Assembly (NCBI GenBank): GCA_963705505.1
Contig: CAVPJU010000003.1
Coordinates: forward strand, 32,001-96,000
Direction: 5' to 3'
Length of the DNA: 64,000 nucleotides
Origin: an uncultured bacterium
GTDB lineage: Bacteria > Desulfobacterota_D > UBA1144 > Nemesobacterales > UBA2774
The notes under the pieces were generated by a model that saw nothing but the letters and a program-made list of their open reading frames with translations, was not told the origin of the DNA and made no database searches. Position 1 is the first letter of the stretch, and every line of letters begins with the position of its first letter. A program made the translations under genes and the position numbers. Below, piece by piece: positions 30,743 through 40,616 of this stretch.

Positions 30743-30774
30743 AAAAAGAAAAGGGCAGCCGGACGGCTGCCCCT
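30743..30774 (-). terminator. intrinsic terminator after IPTL-CTERM gene
   Basis: GGGCAGCC/GGCTGCCC stem with T-rich tail on the minus strand. Confidence 0.7.
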
Positions 30775-30812
30775 CTCGAATTGATGGTTTATCTAAGATG
30801 TGGAACTGCAGG

Positions 30813-31633
30813 CTAGGAATGTGATGCCCGGCGTCTGCGGAGCGCAATCAAAGCCAGGATTCCGAACGTCCCCGCAGTAAGTATCATCCCCCATTCGGAG
30901 AGCGTCGGCACATCAACCTGAAGCAGGCCGCCGTCTATGAACACATTGTCCAGCTGACAGAACGCGGGACCCGAAAAATTCTCGGGAACAATCCAGTCGA
31001 AGCTTATCCTGACTCTTTGACCGGCAAACCCGCTGACATCCACCGTGGCCGTTTGATTTCCCCCCGTATCGGGTAATGCAGTAGTCCCCGCTACCGCTGT
31101 AAGAATAAGGTCGGTTTGAAGCGGAGCGCCTCCGCGTGCCGGCTCTATATTTACTTCAAAAGTCCTGTTTAGAGTAGCTCCGAAATTGAGCAAGTCCCAG
31201 CCGCACTGGTATTCGAACGACAACGTGGTCGCTCCCGGCGCTAGTCCTACATCCTGAGCTAAGCTTATTGTTCCGGGTCCGTTCCCGTCGAAACCTGTCA
31301 ACGCCGCAAAAACTCCCTGCGGAGGGTCGCTTGTGAATAAACCGAAATCCGGGGATATCCCCGCTACGCCTACCTGGAGGGGGAAAAAGGGATCGGACAG
31401 ATCCTGCGTGACCCAGCCAGCTAAAAGTTGCCTCTTTCGAATCCGCAATTTATGACGGGGTTCGGTAAGGCCTCGCAATTAAATCCGTCGACTGCGTAAG
31501 CGCTTTCCGCGGGCCTGAAAAATATTAAAACAGAGAAGATCGAAAGAATTAAAACCGATTTAAGAACAGCGGAGCCAAAAACCGCAATCACGCGACTCTG
31601 CAATAAGCCGCTCACTTTAACTTTATCCATCAT
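30813..31633 (-). pseudogene. IPTL-CTERM sorting-domain surface protein, frameshifted near 31424
   Basis: Signal peptide and NCGFERGN in one frame; GWV...beta-rich domain...VPTLSEWG-TM-RRRR in another; break at a T4 run (may be an assembly error). Confidence 0.8.
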
Positions 31634-31826
31634 CCTTCCTCCCTGGGATTATATATATTCATGCATAATTCTATTTCTTTATCCATTTTACTATAAATTC
31701 ATATGCAATAGAAGGAGGAATATTCAAGCAACATGACGGGGCGGTATTATGTTGAATTCCAGCCGCCATACTCGGCGAAGAAGGACGAAGTGAAGATCAG
31801 GCTTTTCTTTAATGTGTGAGCCGAAG

Positions 31827-31861
31827 CGCATGTGACAAGTGACAGTCGTGCAGGGTATATA
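31827..31861 (+). repeat. 35-bp direct repeat, copy 1
   Basis: CGCATGTGACAAGTGACAGTCGTGCAGGGTATATA identical to 32974-33008. Confidence 0.9.
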
Positions 31862-31971
31862 GTTCTGCGAAGGGAGGGTAAGTCGATATTATCTTGTTTT
31901 TCACACACAGCATCATCGAAGAATTGAATTAACTCAATAGTTTAATTATTCTATAACCGGAAATTCTACCA

Positions 31972-32917
31972 ATGAATAATTTTTTTGATAAAGCAACATA
32001 CACCGAAGACGATATCAATGATTTGATTAATAACCAGATTGAGGAGGCAATAGATTTAGAATTTAAAGAAGCTGGTGCATTAAATAATACTGACTCAAAT
32101 AAAAACGAAATCTCTAAAGATGTCGCTTCTTTTGCAAATTCGGCAGGTGGAATAATTGTATATGGTATTAGTGAAACAGAGCATAAGGCAACTTCAACAT
32201 CATTGATTGACGGTAATAGAATCACAAAAGAGTGGCTTGAACAAGTAATTCATTCAAACATAAAACAAAAGATAGACAATATAGAAATATTTCCTGTCAG
32301 ATTTGATAATGATATCGCTCGGTCCGTGTATATCGTAAAGATACCGCAAAGCAATTCTAGTCCTCACATGTCTCGTGACAACAAATACTATAGAAGATAT
32401 AACTTCCAATCAGTTCCAATGGAAGAATATGAAGTCAGAAATCTTTATTACATGACTCATAGAACAGAACTTGAAATTGTAGAGGTTGCTATAGCAGGTT
32501 ACGGAAGCACGGGAACTCTAAAAAGTGGTTTACACATTATAACTTTTAACCTGCAAATGAAGGTATATAATTCGGGTAAATCCATTGAGAACAATTATAA
32601 AATTAAACTCCATATACCTAATATAATCCTTGCTGCCCGCGAACCGAAAATGACTAAATATTCACTTGAACATCAAACTGAAAAATATTCACTCATATCT
32701 TTTCCTAATTGTTCACCGCTATTTCCCGAAGAGCCTGCGTATTCGGAAACCTCCAGTGTTGTAATTTCAAAAAAAACCTTACGATAATCCAGAGAATTTT
32801 AAACTGAAGTCGTTATTATATTACTCCAATGGCATTAAAGAATATTTATATGACCTGAGAGAACTCCTAATCATAGAGGATAACCTCATCTGTAAAGAAA
32901 TGTTTGTGGGTGATTGA
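31972..32917 (+). CDS. Schlafen/AlbA_2 domain protein, AT-rich, with apparent +1 frameshift at ~32775
   Basis: E...LEFK, KDVASFANSAGGIIVYG, SPH......YYRR; ORF stops at 32787 but another frame continues YDNPENFKLKSLLYYSNGIKE... to 32917 after an A8 run. Confidence 0.8.
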
Positions 32918-32973
32918 ATTATTCTCTTTAGGTTTTACGATCTGTTTCGTATGTGACTTGCCCCGTAATCCCC

Positions 32974-33008
32974 CGCATGTGACAAGTGACAGTCGTGCAG
33001 GGTATATA
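32974..33008 (+). repeat. 35-bp direct repeat, copy 2, followed by inverted partial copies
   Basis: Identical to 31827-31861; downstream CTGTCACTTTGTCAC and TATACCCTGCA are inverted counterparts. Confidence 0.9.
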
Positions 33009-33178
33009 CCCCGGACATCTGTCACTTTGTCACTTGGTGCCATCCCTATACCCTGCATCGGCGGCGGATTGCGCAAACTCTACTTTCTTTTCCCTTCCTT
33101 TTGTAATCATTGTTAGATATTATTTAGACGTATTTCAATATACCTCGCGCGTCTCTGTAGGGGTGACGGAGGCAGTGA

Positions 33179-33920
33179 GTGAGGGTAATAATCTGCGGGT
33201 CTCCGCAGTGGACTTATGACGAAATAGTAAAGGACGAGGTGGTCCGTCTGCGCCGGGAGTCGAGATTGTCCGGCAGGAAGCTCCTTATCATTCACGGCGC
33301 GACCGTCCCGAAACCGTTGCGCATGAGTATTGCAGAAACTCGGCATCGATACCATGGTACAGAATGCCGTCTGGGTAATGGGGCAGAACTGCTATTTCGC
33401 GGAGAACCGAGATCATGAGGAAGCTTTAATCCACAAATGGCCCTTGTGGGGAACACTACCATGCTTACCTTGAACAATTAGATTCTGCACGCGGCTTGCT
33501 CTTGGCCGCCCGATGATCGATTACAAGAGCATGACTTGAGAGATGTTTATGAAGGTAGGATACTGGTCCAGAGGCTAGTTCAGTTTTAAAAGTCATAAAT
33601 CTGGCGGAGTTCAAATTACGCAAAATCATAAGAGATGTACCAGAGAAGGAAAAAGAAGTTCAAGATGCTTTTGAGAATCTTCTCATAGGTGCAGATATAC
33701 CTTATTCTAAGGAGGCGGAAAGCATTGAATACTCTACTAAAAATTCCTCAACTATCACAAACCCGACCTGGTCATCTGCTTCGCCCTGTCGTTCAAGGAG
33801 AGCGCTGTCGCCGCCGATATGATAAAGAGAGCGGAGGTGAAGGGGATCAAGACCAAGGCGATAGACTACGTGAGCATCGTGAAACGCAACAGCGACGATA
33901 TCCCGATAAGGCCGGTGTGA
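33179..33920 (+). pseudogene. split SLOG/DUF2493 (YspA-like) gene
   Basis: N-part MRVIICGSPQW...LLIIHGA (33179-33301, GGAGG RBS); C-part KPDLVICF......AADMIKRA...GI (33744-33920) in a different frame. Confidence 0.6.
33520..33741 (+). pseudogene. fragment of a probable PD-(D/E)XK-like nuclease gene
   Basis: AT-rich; reads VYEG/DTGPEAS.VLKVINLAE.KLRK.IRD.PEKEKEVQDAFENLL.GADIPYSKE..SIEYSTK with an internal frameshift; ExxVQD pattern; recognised from memory only. Confidence 0.45.
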
Positions 33921-34067
33921 AGCCATAGGTGATGACCCGAAGGGAAGGAAATGTAATCCCCCTGCGGATTCCAATCATAAAACCACACTACGTGTGCCCA
34001 TTAGAAAAATATCCCCCTTATGGCATAATTATTTCTCCCTAAACAAAGCACACAAGGAGGAGTTTTT

Positions 34068-35474
34068 ATGGCCAGTAAAAATACGAGAACAGAATACGAT
34101 TCGATGGGGGAGATGGAAGTCCCCTCAAGCGCATATTACGGCGCCCAGACGGCGAGGGCGATAGAGAATTTCCCCATCAGCGGCATACGCAAGCACGCCC
34201 TGCTCGTGAAGGCGATGGGGATGATAAAGCTCGCCGGCGCGGAGGCCAACATGGAGCTCGGTCTCCTGAGCAAGAAGACAGGCAGCGCGATAGTGAGGGC
34301 GGCAAAGGAGGTCATCGACGGGAAGCTCGACGACCACTTCATCCTCGACGTTTTCCAGACGGGGTCCGGCACGTCCACCAACATGAACACGAACGAAGTG
34401 ATAGCCAACCGCGCGAACGAAATAATCGGGGGCAGGAAAGGAGACAAGTCGGGTATCCATCCGAACGACCACGTTAACATGGGACAGTCGAGTAACGACG
34501 TTTACCCGACGGCGATACACGTCTCGGCGATCCTCGCGATAAACGAGATACTCATGCCCGCGCTCAAGAACCTCGAGAAGGCGCTTTCAGCAAAGGCGCG
34601 CGAGTTCAACAAGATAGTCAAGATCGGACGCACGCACCTCCAGGACGCTACCCCCATCAGGCTCGGCCAGGAGTTCAGCGGCTACGCGAGCATGATAACG
34701 CACGGCATCAGGAGAGTGGAGCACGCGAGGGAAGAGCTGTCAGAGCTCGCGATAGGCGGCACCGCTGTCGGCACCGGGATCAACACGCATCCGAAATTCG
34801 CCGGGCTCGTCGTGAAGAGGCTCAGCAAAATGACGGGGACGAAGCTGAGGGAGGCGGAGAACCATTTCGAGGCCCAGGGATCCAAGGACGCCGTAGTCGA
34901 GGCGAGCGGGTCTCTCAAGACCCTCGCCGTGAGCCTCATGAAGATAGCGAACGATATAAGGTGGCTCGGGAGCGGCCCGCGCTGCGGGATAGGGGAGATA
35001 ATGATTCCTGCCGTCCAGCCGGGCTCGTCGATCATGCCGGGGAAGGTGAACCCCGTCATACCCGAAGCCGTGTGCCAGGTGGCGGCGCAGGTCATAGGGA
35101 ACGACCTCACGATTACCATAGGCGGACAGTTCGGGAACTTCGAGCTAAACGTCATGATGCCGGTGAAGGGGCACAACCTTCTCCAGTCCATAGAGCTCCT
35201 GGGCAAGGTCTCTCAGGTATTCACCGACAAGTGCGTGAAGGGTATAAAGGCCGACAGGAAGCGCTGCGAGGAGATGATAGAGAAGAGCCTCGCCATGTGC
35301 ACGAGCCTGGCGCCCGTCATCGGATACGATAGCGCCGCCAAGATAGCGAAGGAGGCCTACGAGACGGGCAAGACCGTGAGGCAGGTCGCTCTCGAGAAGA
35401 AGGTGCTCCCGGCTGAGAAGCTGAAGCAGCTCCTCGACCCCTGGTCTATGACGGAGCCCGGGACAAAGAAGTAG
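34068..35474 (+). CDS. fumC: class II fumarate hydratase
   Basis: QTGSGTS.NMN, HPNDHVN, GRTHLQDATP, GSSIMPGKVNP. Confidence 0.96.
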   Translation: MASKNTRTEYDSMGEMEVPSSAYYGAQTARAIENFPISGIRKHALLVKAMGMIKLAGAEANMELGLLSKKTGSAIVRAAKEVIDGKLDDHFILDVFQTGSGTSTNMNTNEVIANRANEIIGGRKGDKSGIHPNDHVNMGQSSNDVYPTAIHVSAILAINEILMPALKNLEKALSAKAREFNKIVKIGRTHLQDATPIRLGQEFSGYASMITHGIRRVEHAREELSELAIGGTAVGTGINTHPKFAGLVVKRLSKMTGTKLREAENHFEAQGSKDAVVEASGSLKTLAVSLMKIANDIRWLGSGPRCGIGEIMIPAVQPGSSIMPGKVNPVIPEAVCQVAAQVIGNDLTITIGGQFGNFELNVMMPVKGHNLLQSIELLGKVSQVFTDKCVKGIKADRKRCEEMIEKSLAMCTSLAPVIGYDSAAKIAKEAYETGKTVRQVALEKKVLPAEKLKQLLDPWSMTEPGTKK

Positions 35475-35528
35475 ATCCGGGATTGGGAGAAACATCGGGG
35501 AAATCCTTCCTGCAGCGACCAATAATTT

Positions 35529-35729
35529 CCCTCTCCCTTGAGGGACAGTTGTAAGTGAGCGTGCAACTGGTCACGCCAGGACGAAGGCATTGAAACCACT
35601 TAACTTCGGTATAATGCTGCCTAAACCAAATTAGGGTTGTGGTGAGGTGTCATTTCGACCGGAGGGAGAAATCTGTTTTCAAATAGTAAAGAATAAAAGA
35701 TAGATTTCTCATGTACATTCGAAATGACA
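35529..35729. repeat. interrupted REP hairpin plus TGTCATTTCGA...TCGAAATGACA element
   Basis: CCCTCTCCCTTGAGGGA [87-nt insert] AGGGTTGTGGTGAGG, then palindromic element 35648-35729. Confidence 0.6.
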
Positions 35730-35790
35730 AGGTAGGCAAGGTATATATCTCCCCGCCCATTTCAGACAGGGGAATTGCAGGAGGCAAATC

Positions 35791-36576
35791 ATGAACGTAA
35801 AAGAGCTATTCGACCTCACGGGTAAGACGGCCGTAGTCACGGGGGGCTACACGGGCATAGGCAGGCAGATGGCTCTTGCGCTTGCTGAAGCAGGCGCTGA
35901 CGTGGTCATATGCGCGAGGAACCTCGAGGGCTGCGTAGCTGCAGCGGAAGAGATAAGCAGGTACGCGGGAGTAAAGACCCTACCCCTCAAGTGCGACGTC
36001 TCCGACGAAGCCGATGTTAAGAAGATGGTCGGGGATACGATCAAGAAATTCGGGACGATAGACATACTCGTCAACAACGCGGGCATCGCCATGGGCGGGC
36101 TCCCTCAGGACACGGCAATCGAAGACTGGGAAAAAGTCCTCAAGATAAACCTCACCGGCACGTTCCTCTGCTGCAGGGAAGCCGGGAAGGAGATGATAAA
36201 AGCGAACAGCGGGAAGATAATCAACATATCCTCCGTAATGGGCTACCAGACGACGTCCCTCGTGAGCGCCCCCGCCTACGTCGCCTCGAAGGGCGCCGTT
36301 GTCACGCTGACGAAGGACCTCGCGGTGAGGTGGATACAGCATAACATCAACGTAAACGCGATCGCCCCCGGATGGTTCCCGACCAACATGACCGAGCCCG
36401 TGATAAGCCCCGAGCTCATGAACAAAGGGGACGAGCTGCTCGAGTCCATACCGGCGGGAAGGTTCGGGGGAGAGGACGACCTCAAGGGCGCGACCGTGCT
36501 GCTCGCGTCGAGGGCGTCCGACTACATCACCGGAGAGGTGATCGTGGTAGACGGCGGCACACTTTCGAGATACTGA
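35791..36576 (+). CDS. SDR family oxidoreductase (gluconate 5-dehydrogenase-like)
   Basis: TGG..GIG, NNAG, YVASK, NAIAPGWF, VDGG. Confidence 0.92.
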   Translation: MNVKELFDLTGKTAVVTGGYTGIGRQMALALAEAGADVVICARNLEGCVAAAEEISRYAGVKTLPLKCDVSDEADVKKMVGDTIKKFGTIDILVNNAGIAMGGLPQDTAIEDWEKVLKINLTGTFLCCREAGKEMIKANSGKIINISSVMGYQTTSLVSAPAYVASKGAVVTLTKDLAVRWIQHNINVNAIAPGWFPTNMTEPVISPELMNKGDELLESIPAGRFGGEDDLKGATVLLASRASDYITGEVIVVDGGTLSRY

Positions 36577-36645
36577 GACGCGGAATCCGTGCTGATGTAC
36601 GATCCATTCGTCAATCCTCTGCCTCGCCTGCACTCTCATTACGAG

Positions 36646-36721
36646 CCCTTCGACATCGCTCAGGACAGGCTTGGCGCGATTCTTTATACCGTCATTGCGA
36701 AGAAGCGACTGCGGCAATCTC
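36646..36721. repeat. REP-like units
   Basis: CCCTTCGACATCGCTCAGGACAGGC and half element GTCATTGCGA...GCAATCTC. Confidence 0.6.
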
Positions 36722-36761
36722 ATCTTTTTCCCGCTATTCCCGCCTTAAAAGAAAAGAAGCA

Positions 36762-37340
36762 TCAAAAGAGCCTGCCCTCACCGTAGGCGTGAAAGATCGA
36801 CTTCATGTGCTCGTCCACCCTCGCGCAAAGGAGCTGAAGCAGGAGGCATTCGAGGGACGATATAAGAAGGAGTATGAGAGCAGCGTAAAAGAACGCTTCG
36901 TTATAACCTATCATAAACGTATATATGACGAATATGTATCCTGCCAGTCCCGACGCCTTCGTCAGGTAAAGATGGAGGTTGGCTATCCTCCTGAACTTTA
37001 TCCACCCGACGGCGAAGGAAAGGGCTTCGACGACGATCCAGGCGGATAGGAGGAGCTTATGCCCGGTAAAGATTTCGGGCTTCAGCAGTAAAACGGAGGC
37101 CACGATCGATATTTCAATAAGAGTATCGGCGATCGAATCGAGCCTGCTCCCGTAAGCCGTGACGAGACTCCATTTGCGGGCGATAAATCCGTCGAGCGCG
37201 TCCGTGAGACCCGCAGCGATGAGCGCTGCGCCGACGTAGAACGGCTGGTTCAATAGAGCGAGCGCCCAGATGACCGGAACAAGGAGGAGCCTGAGCACAC
37301 TCAACACATTCGGTATCGATTGATGGGAGATGGTTTTCAT
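36762..37340 (-). CDS. CDP-alcohol phosphatidyltransferase family protein
   Basis: IPN.LS..R, D.LDG.IAR......G..LD..AD signature. Confidence 0.9.
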   Translation of the reverse strand: MKTISHQSIPNVLSVLRLLLVPVIWALALLNQPFYVGAALIAAGLTDALDGFIARKWSLVTAYGSRLDSIADTLIEISIVASVLLLKPEIFTGHKLLLSAWIVVEALSFAVGWIKFRRIANLHLYLTKASGLAGYIFVIYTFMIGYNEAFFYAALILLLISSLECLLLQLLCARVDEHMKSIFHAYGEGRLF

Positions 37341-37737
37341 CGAGGACCATCCGGGAGAGATCAGCACCTTTGAGACTCCGCAGCATTTTGCCGTCTCGTT
37401 GAGAATTCTAACCGATAACGGCCCGCGGGAATATCGCGCGGCCGCCCCTCAAAGTGCTTCGAATACAGGAAGCGGAGACGCGCCTTTAGAGAGAGCGCAG
37501 CGAATGTTCAGTAGAGATACCGGCCTTCACGGACCCGGAGCCTGCCCCCGCCTAAATTACTTAAATAATTGGGCCATGCCTGCATTATTAGCACATGCGT
37601 CTCTTAACATTACCTTAATATACGTATCCCGCCAGAATGAAACGATTATTAATTTGTGCATTTGCGAATAAAACCCTTGACATCATCCCGATCCTGTTTA
37701 TATTGTTCATAGAAAAAACTTATCAGGAGGTTATACC

Positions 37738-38175
37738 ATGTCCGAATCAACAAAGAAGGCGGCTTCGAAAGTTAAGGAATTTGCGGAGCCTGTAAAGGAG
37801 TTTTCAGGTTTAGTAAAAGAGAATTACCTGAACGGGTTGGAATTCACGTTCTCGCTCTTCGAGCAGAATCTGAAAGCCCTCACCACTCAGGCAGATCATA
37901 TGTTCGATCTCGAAAAGGAGTTCGTAACAAACGTAAGCGGCTTCTATAAGGAATTCCCGAAGGACCTGCCGTTCGTAAAAGAACTGCCGTATGACGGGAG
38001 CGTTAAAAAGATTTCCGAGCAGCTTGACCGCTATATTACATACCGTAAAGAGCAGCTCCAGACCGCTAAGAACATGTCCGAAAAATTCGCGAAGGACGCT
38101 CGCGCTATGGCTCAGGAAAATATCGAAAGGACGTTCTCCCTCTTCGGCGAATACTTCAACCTCTTCAACGCCTAA
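37738..38175 (+). CDS. hypothetical all-helical protein, phasin-like
   Basis: Amphipathic helical pattern, no Cys/Trp; AGGAGG RBS; TTGACA-16-TATATT promoter at 37677-37704. Confidence 0.6.
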   Translation: MSESTKKAASKVKEFAEPVKEFSGLVKENYLNGLEFTFSLFEQNLKALTTQADHMFDLEKEFVTNVSGFYKEFPKDLPFVKELPYDGSVKKISEQLDRYITYRKEQLQTAKNMSEKFAKDARAMAQENIERTFSLFGEYFNLFNA

Positions 38176-38225
38176 TACGGTACCGGGACTCTTACAATCT
38201 GAACTCAATTTCAGGCGATGATGGA

Positions 38226-38267
38226 ATTCCAGGTGTGTGAAGGTTTCATGCACCTGGAATGTTTTCC
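38226..38267 (+). terminator. 16-bp hairpin, probable terminator
   Basis: ATTCCAGGTGTGTGAA-GGT-TTCATGCACCTGGAAT then GTTTT. Confidence 0.6.
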
Positions 38268-38436
38268 CTTCCCGCCGGATCCGCGGGGCCGGTCGGCCTG
38301 CAATTTATACCTGTCTAGTCCCTGTCTCAGGCCGTATAAAATCAGTCACCGGAAATTAGCGGTGCCTCCCAAAATCAATTATAATGTAGCCATTGACCGC
38401 ACTACCGGTTTAAATAATATTCCCGGGGGTAATAAA

Positions 38437-38715
38437 GTGATCCGCCTTCTGCTCATAGTGCTGACCGTTATACTGATCCTCCCTGTGATCGGCTGCAACA
38501 CATTCAAGACGGGGAAGGACATCGCTATCGACAATCCGATGAGTGAATCCAAAAAGAAGCAATCGTTAAACGACGCGAGGCAGGAAGTTGAAAAGTCGAG
38601 ATACCTCCTCGACCAGTGCCTCCGGGCCAATTCGGGCGACCAGACGAGGTGCCAGAGCCAAAAGGACACTTACGATAAGGACGTTGCGGATTACGTCTCG
38701 CTGCAGACCGATTGA
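38437..38715 (+). CDS. putative small lipoprotein
   Basis: GTG start; hydrophobic signal ending VIG-C lipobox; helical body with a Cys pair. Confidence 0.7.
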   Translation: MIRLLLIVLTVILILPVIGCNTFKTGKDIAIDNPMSESKKKQSLNDARQEVEKSRYLLDQCLRANSGDQTRCQSQKDTYDKDVADYVSLQTD

Positions 38716-38812
38716 TGAGAACGGCCCGGGCGGTGTCCCATGGAAGGCACGATAGAAGTAATTTGAGAAAGGGGGAATTTACTAAGCTCGTTCTCCTCGT
38801 CCCCACCCACAC

Positions 38813-38920
38813 TGTCATTTCGACCAACGGGAGAAATCTCATCATTTTGTCATTCCCGAAAATCGGGAATCCGGTATTTCGTCATTAAAATAAATTGCAG
38901 GAGCGGCTTACAGCCGCGAT
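38813..38920. repeat. cluster of REP-like half elements
   Basis: TGTCATTTCGACC..GGAGAAATCT; TGTCATTCCCGAAAATCGGGAATCC; GCAGGAGCGGCTTACAGCCGCGAT. Confidence 0.6.
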
Positions 38921-39004
38921 CCGTTTTACATTAAACCCCCCCCTAACGGGTTTAAGACTCCCCTTGTTAGCAATGAATCTGTAGTGAGGACGGATAGGGA
39001 GGGA

Positions 39005-40538
39005 TTAAAACCTTATCTGGAAGTCGAACATGTAGCTCCACTCGTCGATGCTCTTGTCGGCGCCGTAAAGCGGGAACTGCACGTTAAAGCCCGGGCTGTA
39101 TTTCCTGCCGAACCTTATACCCGAGGACGCGAAGAGGTCGGTCTTCTCGAACGTGTCCGCGGTGAGGCACGAATAGCCGTTAAATTCGGCGAAGAGGACG
39201 GGGGACGCGATCACGGGGAAGTTGATGCCGGCGGACGCGCTGTAGTCCACCCTGAACTCGAAATTCTGCCCCTCGAGCTCGCTCGCATTGAGCACCCAGT
39301 CCGTCGCGGCCATCGCCTGTATATTGAATATGCCCCTCCACGCCGCAGCGGTTACATAAGGCGTTACCGTCCAGGCCTTCTGGAGGTTTATCGGAAAATT
39401 CCTTCTGAATAGCGTGAGCGTCGAGAGCCTGTCTATATTGTCCTTATATGAAGTCGGGAGTATGAGCTGGAGACCTCCCGGAGACGACAGAGTTATGGGT
39501 CTTGAAAAGGAGGAACTTGCCCCCGGCCAGCAGGTTGGCTAATTCGAATCCGTCCTTAACTGCCTCCTTGTTCACGTCCACCGCGTTCACTCCGGACTGA
39601 GAGAGCTTGACGTACACCCCCCAGAGCTGGTTCGATGAAGGGATGTCCGCCCTGATCGAATAGAATACGAATTGTCCGGTGATGTCATTTTTCATATTGA
39701 CTATCTCGAGGTCGGCCCTGAACCTGCCTAAAGGCAGGGGCTCTTCCATGAAAAAGGGATAGGCGAGGTCTATGGCTTCGTCCTTATTGGGAGTGAATTC
39801 TATGGGGCCGCTTACAGACATGAAGGTCTTCGTGAACGGGTTGTATAAACCGATCTGCCTGTCGTAGACGAAATTCCTCATGGGGTTGAGGATGTGACCG
39901 AGTATCTTCGCCGGCACGAAGTTGGTGGAGACGAGCCAGTTGGACGACTCCTCGAGCACGATGCCGAGCGCCGTGCCGACGACAGGGGTCGAAATGAGGT
40001 CCTGGAGCGACGGGGTCTCGACCGTCCCCTCGACCGTGTATTCGAATAGGGTGCTCTGTACAACGGCTCCGAGCGCGGACACCAGGACGCTGTGCCCCAT
40101 CGCCCTGTAGAACAGGTAATCCTGGGAGCCTATGACCGGGTGAGTCACCCAATTAGTGAAGAACGAATCGCCGTCGTCCCATTCCGGCCACTGTGATATA
40201 TTGTCCCACCATTTGGAGAAGGACGCAGAGAATATCCTGCTGTTCTTGTTCCTTACGTAAAAGAACCTGGCGGCCCATTGACCTGCGTACAAGATCGCCG
40301 TATCGCGGAGAAAGGCCTTAACACCGAGATGTTCCTCATACGACCCGCCGAAACCATACTTCTCGGGCTTGATTTTCTCCTCATCCTTGGTCTGGTTCTC
40401 GTATCCGGAATCCACGCTGCCTGAGGCTGCGTAATCGAAAAGGTCTTTTACCTCGACGTTTTCCTGCGCGCCCGCCTGCGCCGCAATGACGACGATCAAA
40501 ATAATAAAGATATGCCCGTACACAATCCTCACTCTCAC
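39005..40538 (-). CDS. DUF3943-like probable outer-membrane protein, frameshifted at ~39478
   Basis: Signal peptide; WDDGD.F.TN.V.HP..G..., FEY.VE...E.PS.QDL..TP; second frame continues GGLQLILPT... to C-terminal QIRF; extra G in a G run. Confidence 0.75.
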
Positions 40539-40616
40539 TCCCTCGTCCTGCGGTCCGGCTCGAATCCGATAAAATTGAAGAGATAAAATACCCTAAAAAT
40601 TATATATTCTAAATAG

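Noticed and set aside
31827..33008. 35-bp repeat as a CRISPR array or integron attC
   Set aside because: Only two copies 1.1 kb apart, no cas or integrase, no attC GTT/AAC core structure
32867..33974. Short ORFs called in the island (e.g. 32904-33116, 33689-33928, 33702-33974)
   Set aside because: Better explained as alternative frames over repeats and pseudogene fragments
37475..37603. Long-range GAGACGC/GCGTCTC inverted repeat as 6S RNA
   Set aside because: Too short and interior pairing is weak
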